From positions 17,373 through 81,372 of the forward strand of contig JALMLS010000326.1 in NCBI GenBank assembly GCA_038496445.1: a DNA stretch of 64,000 nt, written 5' to 3'. The DNA comes from Trichosphaerium sp. ATCC 40318 (taxonomy: Eukaryota; Protista; Tubulinea). Positions 54,504 to 64,000 of this stretch are shown in pieces. The first letter of the stretch is position 1. Every line of letters starts with the position of its first letter. The position numbers and the translations under genes were made by a program. The notes under the pieces are model-generated. The model made no database searches. It was given only the letters and a program-made list of their open reading frames with translations, and was not told the origin of the DNA.

Positions 54504-57500
54504 TTATAAGTTGTTGTCAGCTTCTTGTTCTTTGTCTGATGGTGTCTTTTTAGGACCAATCTATTCAATTATATTAGCTATAATAACTTTTAATACTGTA
54601 TAAAAGCGTACCAAAGAGAGTACTACAGGAAGTAACACTAGAGCATGCAATACACCCAAAAGTGTAATGCTGAAAAATTGACGGAAGAAAACTTGAAAGA
54701 TGAACGACTTCGAAAACGCTAGTACAAGTACAGCTAAAAATGTTGATACAGCGCCATTCAATACTGCTCCGCCAACATCAACAAGCTTTAAAAACACCAA
54801 GAGTTAGCAAATAAAACAGCAAAGACACTTAAAATCAAAACGAGTAAAAAAAAGAAAAAATGAAGACTTACTGCTTTGTAAATCCTTTCATCATTGCTTC
54901 CACTCTCTTGTAGGTACGCATGGCCAATATGAGTTGAATAATCGACTGCAATACCAACCGCAAGAACCAAGTTAATAACGGACACCTAAACCCACGTGGG
55001 TCAGCACAAAACACAAAAATGTTGTAAATTGTTTTTCGAATACGTACAACGTCTAGATTGATACTCCATAGCCACATGACACCAAATATATCGATAAGAG
55101 TCATCAACACACAAACAAATACAGTCTAGGAAAAAAAATGAGCTACTTTGCAAAAATCTCGAAGTGTTTTGTTTCCTTGTACGCACCACTGACACAAAAA
55201 GGTTTCCTAGTAGTAGAACAGTGACTATGAATACCGCTGCAAGTGCTAGTAGGAGATTGACAAGAATCTCTCTTTGGATGATGGCATATTGATCAAACTC
55301 CAAAAAGCTGAAAGAGTAAGGGTATGCATGAAGTCCTGAGTTGTCCACTGTATTTCTGATACTTCTTGTAGCATCTACTTGATCAAGTGCTTTAGTAAGT
55401 GCAATCAATCTAGAGTACATCCTAGAAGCACGAATAGCTGTTTGAGAACCTGAATAAAGTCAGAAATCATGAAACTTGCAGTGCATTAATTGGTTTTCAG
55501 TGATATACCATTTTGGAACGTGATGTCATTGCTGTATCTTGCTCCTTCTGTCAAAAGCCAAGAGCTGAGTGTGGAGTGCCATGTTTCGGTATCATTTGGG
55601 GCTTGATTCGTACGATTGAGGTAGCCTTCGAAATCTATAAACCATCCAGTAACAGCTAAAAATCATTTAGTTGTTGATCTTTGTACAAGAGACTGGTGGT
55701 CGTACACGATTCGATGAACTCGTTCGAATTGACTTCTTCTATCATCCCCAGAACCCTTTCCTTCATTTCAAAATGATCAAACTCTCTGGTGACAAGAAAA
55801 ATTGGTACTCTGTCATCTTGGAAGAACGAATCTTCTACCTCGGAGTACTCTAAAAAACAGTCTTAGAACCAGACACGGTCGAAAGCCAAAAAAACGTACC
55901 TAAAGCGTAAGAATCACTTGGCAAGAAAAATACAGGATCGAACTCAGGTTGTGTTTGGATGACACCGTAAATACCAATACCCAAAAATACAATGAACACG
56001 AAAATCTGTGAAAGACCATTTAGGTAAAAATATCCGTGCGACAGACGTACAACGATAACTTTGGCGATGTTCCACTTTAATAGGTATTCAGCGTAATAAT
56101 GCCAAACTCGTCCGACGAAAGTCTCTAATTTGCCTGCTTTCTTTTCTTCTTCAGAAGGCTTATTAACACTGCAACAACAACATTCTCTCCTGCGGCCTTT
56201 CTGGCGACGAGTATCAAGTGCCAAAATGGCTGTGAATAGCGTAACTTGAAGCAAGTATACTAGAGCCACACCAATAGATGCGTATTTACAGAATGAACTG
56301 AGAGCAGGTAATACAGTAATACTACCAATAGCAAAGGCAAGCAAATCGGTCAATGATGTTACAGTAACTAAATTGTGAGTGAGCACAAAACATCAACTCC
56401 AAAACTCAAAACGTACTTGCTGCACCAGCAGAGCTAAGCGCTGAAGCAACGCGCTTTACACTTGAATCTTTTGGGTTCGTACGATCCAATGCATTTACGC
56501 TAAAGAAAGTTAGTACTGGTAGAGTTAAGGAAAGGTTAAAAAAAGAACTGGAAAAAAAGCTAAACTAGAAAACCAAAGTGTTGACGACGTACATGATGAA
56601 CATATCATCTACACCAATACCAAGTAACAAAAAAGGTAATACAGATTGTACAGGTGCGTAGAAAAAGCCCATGGCAGATGCAAGACCAAAAGATCCACCA
56701 ACACCCATGCCAATAGACAAGATACCACACAAAGGTACGACAACTAATGAGAAAAAAGTAAGAAAATTGTACCCAATCAAACTCCGAGAGATATACCTCG
56801 TGTCTTAACTGTATGTAGTTTTGTGAACATGAGAAGGACATATGATATGATCAAGAAATATCCAATACCCAAAAGTTGTAGATCTCCACTTAGAGCATTA
56901 GAAAACTCATCACCAAATGATTTCTACAAAAAAACAATTAGTAATCGATTGCTATTGAAATAAAAACACGTGCCTCAGCGTTTGTAAATAGTTCAAAATT
57001 TTCAAAGTTTACGTTCAAGGTAAGCGCAAGGAAAACATCTTCTTCCCAGGTTGTCGCTGGTAAATCTACAAAATCGCCATTCTGAAAAACCTCCCTGTTC
57101 TCAAGTGTGTACGAAAAGAAAAGTGCTCTTCCGCTAGCACGACCGTTTTCCTCAGTGTAGCCACTAATCAATGCCTTTAAGTCAGTATCATTGACTACAG
57201 CATTGGCAACACTTTGTTGGACATCTGGATCATTATTTAAAGCGATCTCATCGAAATCCCAGACGGACTAAAACATATTAAAGAAATTCATTGAAGACTT
57301 AAAAAAAAATCATAGGTCGGTTTTTGATCCCACCAAAAAAACGTACCAGTATTGATCTTAGGATACAATTATCGAAAGAGTCTTTTAGGCAAAGAGAAGT
57401 AAAATTCCACTGTTCGCCTTCCACCTATTTTATTGTGAGTTGTTTCTAACGTGTCTAACGTATTACAGAAGTAGAATTTATGGTTGTTTATACGTACTGT

Positions 57501-57896
57501 GATTGTCGTATTCACGATTTTGTCATGCAACTCCAGAAGCTCTAAAAGGGCGGCTTTATTGATCACATTTGTTCCAGTCGCTATATACTCCTCGAATCTT
57601 GGCGCTCTGTTGAAATTACTCCGGAAATCGCCTAAAGTTAAAACTGCTTCGCTATGGTGTCTTAGAAAAGCAAAATAAACACGCACATACCTGTTACCAG
57701 GTACCCAGAGTCTCTCTTCTCGATTCTCTTGTTCAAAGTTAATAAACCCAATCATCAACGCTCCAACCAATGCAAAACTCAATACGATAACCAATATAGG
57801 ATGCTCTGCATCAAATTTGCCGACTTGGTAGAAAAACCATTGAACGCCTTTCTCAGACTTCTTGGCAGCATAATTTACGAACCCACACTTCTTCAT
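54504..57896 (-). CDS. Patched/NPC1-like sterol-sensing RND membrane protein
   Basis: ERLWVP, PFLLLGIGVDDMFI, TSLTDLLAFAIG, LPALSSFC, AVGIAVDYSTHI, VLNGAVSTFLA, GVLHALVLLPVVLS. Confidence 0.92.
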
Positions 57897-58606
57897 TGCG
57901 GTGAGTGGTGCTTCTTGTGTTAGTTATGGAGAAATGACTTTTGAATACCGCCGAAAGACCGAAAACACTCTTAAACGATACCCTTTACAACGTTATATAC
58001 GTGTTAGGTTAATATAAGCCTCGTTTATTTTTCTCCGCGTACTATGTTACGACACATGTTCAACGAAAATTTTCGGACAAGTACAAAAAAATAAAGCCGG
58101 TTTAGAACAATTTGGTAAACTTGTCAGTATGACTGTAATGCCATTGTGGTGTTTAGTACGCCGGATGCAAAAAACACCGGAACCGGCGTTTTCCTTTGTA
58201 AAAGTGGCGGAATACTATTGCTCGTTTTACAACGTCACGGGCTCTAAAAATCCCTTACACACACGTCGCAGGGTAAACAAACAATAGAACTAGTGGAGCT
58301 ATTCTTGAATTCAATGCGTACATGCATGGAAAAATTCTCAAAATTACGATACAAACAAAAACGTGATTTTTCCGGTTGAATTGCATAGAATGAACAGAAA
58401 GTGGGTGCATGTAATTTTTTACAAATCTAGAATTATACATTCAATACTTTGGAAGATACTGAGACAGGTATTTATTCACAAGCGTCTGCCACAAGTTCGA
58501 ATTTTTAAGATAGAAAAAATTTTGCATTTTGAAATCGAAATATCTCCTTGATAGTGTCTTGCTATATGGAAGATCAGCACAAGATCCCCACATGAACAAT
58601 CATATC

Positions 58607-58681
58607 TTTTGAAAAGCCTCCGCCCCACCCGTTGAATAATATTCATTTCCAGGCGAGTACATCTCAGGCATTGTTCCAAAA
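58607..58681 (-). promoter_or_regulatory. Candidate form-II SECIS element with non-canonical core
   Basis: Minus strand: UUUUGGAA caau GCC uga GA UGUaCUCGCCUG gAAA UGAAU auu AUUCA a CGGGUGGGGCG GA GGC u UUUCAAAA. Shows helix I, tandem GA/GA, helix II, AAA bulge and apical minihelix, about 90 nt after the stop. Confidence 0.65.
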
Positions 58682-58769
58682 CGCATCTCTTAGGTTTTTT
58701 TGTATTTTTTTTTGAACTTGTGGCACTGACTGAGGATTTTCTCGTCCTCCTCTGTCTCTAATCTTTATA

Positions 58770-59701
58770 TTATCCCTTCACAGCCTTCTCTGCTGCTTCT
58801 AGAATATCTTCATTCTTTGGTGTATCAATAAAAAAGCCTTGTAAATGAGTATAGCTGGTTTTTGGACCAGGTCCAAAAACAAAAGTTCCACCGAGAAAAC
58901 TAAGAATATTAGAATCTCAAAAAACGTGGTACAATACGTACGGATCTGAACCATTCATGTTCCCTTTAGGAATACTTCCACCAAGCTCAGCTTTTAAAGC
59001 TTTATTCAGTCTACCTAGTTTAGGATACTTCCATACTATCGAATAAAGGTAAGCTTGGCGATCAAGATAAAAGTTATTACGAATAAAGTCTTTCGAAAAC
59101 TTTCGCATTTCTCCGCGAAACTCTGTTTAAACTGTTGTTCTTACCTTTCATTAGATCTACAAGTCCACCGGCTTTTTGAGCTTGAGCGCCCAAGGCCTTG
59201 TGTAAGGCGTAGTCGTTGGCAAGAAATGCTCGACCAGGCCAAATGTTTGTTTGAACGAACTCGGCTGCGCCAAGGTCAGTGCCAAAGACACCTAGTTTTC
59301 TGTTATTGATCGTTCGGAATTAAATTGTTTCTATGGATCATCAAAATGCCAGCATATTGTTAAACATAATGTGGAAACGCGTACCAATGAGTTCTACACC
59401 AAGTTCTTCGAGTTTGGGTTGTATTTGTGCTAAAACGGCTGCTTCGCCTCTGGTCCACTGTCACCCAGATCTACGTGAACGTTAACGCCACATACAGTGC
59501 TTGAAGTAGGATTACCTTCGAAACAACCTTAAAACTATTGGTTTTTCACCGTACAAACTCTCTAGCGTGCACTTTTCGCCATTAGAGCCATCCTTTATTG
59601 TAAGATAAGTATAGCAATAACGATCGATAAATAACCTCTTTAGAGAGCTCTGTGAGCTCAACATTAGCAATTTGGTCAAAGAAATCGCTCTTCTCCGCCA
59701 T
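58770..59701 (-). CDS. Peroxiredoxin-like 2 (PRXL2/SelU, AhpC-TSA_2 type) protein with in-frame UGA, candidate selenoprotein
   Basis: Six GT-AG exons give MAEKSDFFDQIANVEL...EKPIVLRLFRRSG[UGA]QWTRGEAAVLAQIQPKLEELGVELIGV...GSDPFLGGTFVFGPGPKTSYTHLQGFFIDTPKNEDILEAAEKAVKG*. Confidence 0.85.
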
Positions 59702-60009
59702 GTTTGGATGATTGAAGTGTTTTTTGATTTATGTGCTGAACTTAAAACGTTAATCCGAATTAATGAGTATTCTGGTAGCGTACTCAGTTGAAATGTGTCT
59801 CAGTATTTATTTTAACCATACTTGCCTTAATTGACTATGTTGCCCCAAAATGTTCAGTATTTTTCTAGTACAACGGAATAGCATCACCAATTTACATTAA
59901 TAATTAAACGCAGAGTTGTTAGAAATCAAAAAGTGTAGTCTTCTGTCATATACAATCAACTTCTGTCTATTGCATTATAACCGCACAACAGTACGTATAC
60001 GATATACAG

Positions 60010-61877
60010 ATGAACACGCCGCCACGACCGTACAGAAAGCACTCAGCTCGTAAAAGCGAGCGTAAAAAACGCGTCATCAAGGTGGGTGGTTCATTTCGCG
60101 CGCAGTTAGATCAAAAACTAACTCCAAAAAGGCGACAGATTACCGAACGTTGCGAAATAACGCTGCGCCGCAGTTACGATTCGTTACAGATGAAGAAGCC
60201 GATGATTGGTGGCAAGCCGCTTCACTTGTACGCCTGTTCGACTTTTTTGAGTTTTTGCGCTAGTTACGTATTTACAACGTGTAGGGTAACGTAGCTTCAG
60301 TCAAGGATGTAATAACAGCGCTTCAGAAGCGACAAGCTTTATCTTACTTTGAAAAGTGCACGCTACGGTACTACGTAGGTACGTACAACGCTGATCCTCA
60401 TTTTTAAACCGCTTATCATGCTCACTTTCAGAGAAGATCACAGACGGACAAAGCAACTAGAAAAATCCAAGTTTATAACGTTCGTTGCAGCGTTTGGCGA
60501 TTTGGACACTTATTTGCAAAACGTATAACAGAAAAAAAACCAAAAATGAAATATTAAATAGTGAATTAGGCTTGTGCACTTTTTGACGAACGTTGCTTTG
60601 TTGGACATCTCAATGCTGCTGATGCAAGTCTTATATTAAAAGGACAACCTCTTGGTACCTTCTTGGTTCGATTCAGTGCTTCAGACCAGCACCTAAGCGC
60701 AAGCACGTGAAAGACATGTGTTTTCTTTTTTTTTTTTTGCGCTTTTTATTTTTTTTTTTGGGTTACAACGAGCGGTGGATGTCTGATTTTTTGGTTGTAG
60801 GTTATATTGATGGAAGCGCACGCGTGAACCATTTGAAAATTTTTTTGAGAAAAGGGAAGTTTACTATCCGCACGGGAGAGGTTTTTGCGAAACTATACGC
60901 TGTCTTGAACCACTACAGAAGCTACTTGCGTTTCGAGTACAGGATGGGACTATTACTTAAACACAGGTACGTATTGTGACCACCCCTTGAAGTTGTTTAA
61001 GATGATGTTATCTCGTTGTTAACGAATTGTAAGATATTTTGTTGTTGATTGTAATCAACGACAAGCTCAGCTCATATTGGCCAAGAAAAAAGTAGGAAGG
61101 TATGATAAGAGTATTGATGGTTAACACACGTACTCACTTTTTTAGTTTTTTGTTTCGTCTTGGCAAGGTGCCCTGTAATATTGTACTAAGTTACAAAGTT
61201 AATGAAAATGAAATAATTCATCAAAACTTGCCCATGACAGAGAGTAGAGGTTCCCTGAAGTTTCATTTCGGTGAGCACAAGCATGATAGTCTTATTGATA
61301 TAATGCGGACACATTCAAATGAATTAAAGTACCCTCAAGAGATTGGTGCACGGATGCCAATACGCACGTGTTTCTGCCTACGTTTGACTAACTTTTATCA
61401 GAAATAAGCAAGCTCCGTGAGTATGCGATGTATGGTACTGATTTAGAGATGGAAATCTCAGCGCTAGAAGTACCTACATGGCTTGGTGCTACTGATAATA
61501 CAACAATGCTACGTGCGGTAGAGACATTGTTGTTATTGTGTTCTGAACGAGGTACACTAAAAAAAAATTATTTATGTATTAAGCTATCTTGTACTTAGAA
61601 ATGCAGAATATTATTGCAGACCATAATAGAATGGATTTTATAATATCGTTGCTTGAAGGAGAACACAGTCCTGACCCAGAAGTAGCAAAGAACTGCAGAA
61701 AACTAGTACAAGTCTTTCAACAAAATGGTAAAATATTTTCTTTTTCGTTTCGCTTTGAACTTAACATTTTACGCTCGTGATTGGTAATTTGCCAACTTTT
61801 TTTGTCAATTTGTCAATTCTGTCAACTATCTCTTACTATGTAGTGCAGGTAAGATGTGTGCTTGTAATAAGTATTAA
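60010..61877 (+). CDS. Tandem SH2-domain protein
   Basis: SH2 1: CFVGHLNAADASLILKGQPLGTFLVRFSAS...VNHLKI. SH2 2: CNQRQAQLILAKKKVGSFLFRLGK...IVLSYKV...IIHQ. 3' end uncertain. Confidence 0.75.
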
Positions 61878-62299
61878 TACGAAATGCATGGAAGTATACA
61901 AAAGTATAAACACTGTACCTTTGACAACACAAGCTGTGTTTTATTGGCCAATTGTAACTAATGTAGCAGTAACAATGAAAAAAATGAAAAAGCACGTTTT
62001 AGATAATTAATGTCAAAAAGCGGTTTTTTCCCTATTTACTGTTTAACTTAAAAGATTAGGCATTCTTATCATCTAGCAATGCTAACTAAAAGCCCCTACG
62101 GCCGCATCTAAAGGGGCAATTGGATTCTGACGCATCATGGAGTGCAAAACTCCTATTTTTTATTGTTAGCAACTGGGATAGCAAAAAAGGAGACATGCTG
62201 AAAACAATTTGACCACAAACAATTGGTTTTAAAAACCGTTGTAAGTGATATTAAATTAAAATTAGAATAAAAGCGGAATCAAACAAAGAAACTGAAGGT

Positions 62300-62835
62300 A
62301 TTTTTATTTGTTTTAAACAAAATGGTAAATATATTTGTTTAGGACATGTAAAAGAGTGCTGTCCTGTGCACATATCGAAGCTGAAGCTCAATAATAGCGT
62401 TAAAAGGAGTATAGAACAAGATATTGAAAGAGGGATACCTCCGCTTAGTGTGGTACGTCAAATTATTCTAGACACTACCCTTATCATTTTCTGTACAGTA
62501 TAAATCATTTTTGGAGAATGATGCTCATGATCCGCTGAATTCGTCAGAAATACCTAGCACGGACAACATGGCATACCTTGCGCGTAAGGTACACCGTAGG
62601 CACGAAATGCACCACGAGGTATTATTTTTGGTTAATTAGAAATGTTTTTACACTAACACAAACTAGGTGTACTCAAACATTCGGTTAATGCATCCTTTGT
62701 CCTCACGAATTGTTCAGGCAACGAATGATGTCATATCATTTGTTCACCCTGAGTTAAACACTTATTTACGTGATTTTGATAACAGTGTACTCTTTGTTGA
62801 TGGCACCTACGGAATAGCAGATATTAATGCGCAGG
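62300..62835 (+). mobile_element. Degenerate intron-containing Mutator-like (MULE) transposase fragment
   Basis: Spliced exons lead to NSVLFVDGTYGI, resembling the first catalytic Asp motif (hhhDGT[YF]) of MULE DDE transposases. The frame breaks down after this point. Confidence 0.45.
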
Positions 62836-63382
62836 TGAGAGCTACACAGGCACAACTCTTCTTTATTTTTTTGATAGGCTTTGTTTTTTCCGTGAAAGCA
62901 GAAGGAGCAAGCATAAAAACATAGCTTTCTAACTGGCCGCTAGAGTACCACAGCTTGTTCTCTCCATGGAGTTTTCCGTGTGAAAAAGTCTGCTGCTGAA
63001 CAAGGTGCCGTGTAAAGCAATTTTCACGCAGCCATTTTCCGTGTTTTCTCAGCTCGCCATCGAACCTTGTTGTAGTTGCAGTGCGCTTGGATAGCTCTGG
63101 CCACTTTTGGCGTACTTCCATGTCTAAATCTATTATATCAAGCTGTAGCTCAAACGGAAGGCGTAAAAGACCGTTTTGTAAAGAAATTTCGAGACCTAAC
63201 TACTTTTCTTGTTAGACACTTCGAAATAGTATTTTTACGTGGTACGTTGCCTTGTAATGCCATCCAAGCTAAATAAAACGAAGCGTGTTCGTTGTAGATT
63301 AAAACCCTTTAAGACGGACGTAAATCGCTTTTTTTTACAGCGCAGAACACCTAACACTCTTGCTTGTATCAAAATAAAAGAG

Positions 63383-63989
63383 TATTTTTTTGACAGAAAA
63401 AACAATAAAAACGATTGACCATTCATTAAAAGTTTGGGAAAATCATAAACAAGAGCGATTGTACCACCAATGGGTCACTGTAACCAAATTTTACAGTTTG
63501 CTTGCCCTGGACCGAAATACAACTATGGAGGACGTAGGCGAGGGGTTACACTTTGTTTACAATATTTTGTGCACTTGAATTCTCGAAATCATTTTGTGTG
63601 TTTCTTGAACGCTGTTTACAGTTGATAGTAACATAAGCAGTAGGGTGAGCAGTGCCATGAGAGTCCATTGGCGCGAATTGCTGTTAAGGGTTTTTGTTTG
63701 TTTTTTGTTATTCCTGCTCGTTTTTTGTGGAATCGTACGTAGCCTGAACGACCTTGCTATTATCTGGGCACCCGCCCAACCAATAACTTCGCAACAAGCT
63801 TGAAGCACCAATACTTCGCCATCGCCACCGTGTAACATCTCTGCCGTTAACCAATCGTTACCGTTGCCCAGGGTACACCAAACGAGGAGGTGTGTTACGT
63901 CGTACCCCTATTTTTTTGACAGAAAAAACAATAAAAACGATTGACCATTCATTAAAAGTTTGGGAAAATCATAAACAAGAGCGATTGTA
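63383..63989 (+). repeat. 81-bp perfect direct repeat (63383-63463 and 63909-63989)
   Basis: Both copies read TATTTTTTTGACAGAAAAAACAATAAAAACGATTGACCATTCATTAAAAGTTTGGGAAAATCATAAACAAGAGCGATTGTA. Confidence 0.95.
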
Positions 63990-64000
63990 GAAGCAATTGA

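Noticed and set aside
58476-58679. 67-aa minus-strand ORF with Cys/His residues (SWIM-like at first glance)
   Set aside because: It overlaps the SECIS-like hairpins in the PRXL2 3' UTR, has no ATG start and no convincing motif spacing.
63820-63908. Chromodomain-like reading THLLVWCTLGNGNDWLTAEML
   Set aside because: The resemblance is weak and the fragment too short to support a call.

Overview
Gene-dense, AT-rich eukaryotic (protist-like, plausibly amoebozoan) genomic DNA with many short (~40-100 nt) spliceosomal introns, so the ORF track is fragmented. About 24 genes can be rebuilt by hand: an IPT/TIG putative transcription factor, two paralogous tandem-repeat proteins (one with a C-terminal PD-(D/E)XK nuclease-like domain), a PHD-winged-helix chromatin protein, two F-box proteins, a kelch protein, a C2-like protein, a PB1-UBA adaptor, a ZIP transporter, a formin, a GPR180/TMEM145-like protein, UTP20, two atypical Rho/Ras-like GTPases, a secreted HEXXH metallopeptidase, a DHHC palmitoyltransferase, a small-HERC E3 ligase, a C2-RasGAP, a pseudokinase, a Patched/NPC1-like protein, a tandem-SH2 protein and a degenerate MULE transposase at the right end. 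The main result is a PRXL2/SelU-like gene (58770-59701, minus) that the ORF track splits into fragments. It has an in-frame UGA at the redox position (RRSG-U-QWT) and a form-II SECIS-like hairpin with a non-canonical core in its 3' UTR. Also notable are the repeat-array plus nuclease family and frequent GC-AG introns with GCAC donors. All gene models were spliced by eye, so some terminal coordinates are approximate. No database searches or folding programs were run.
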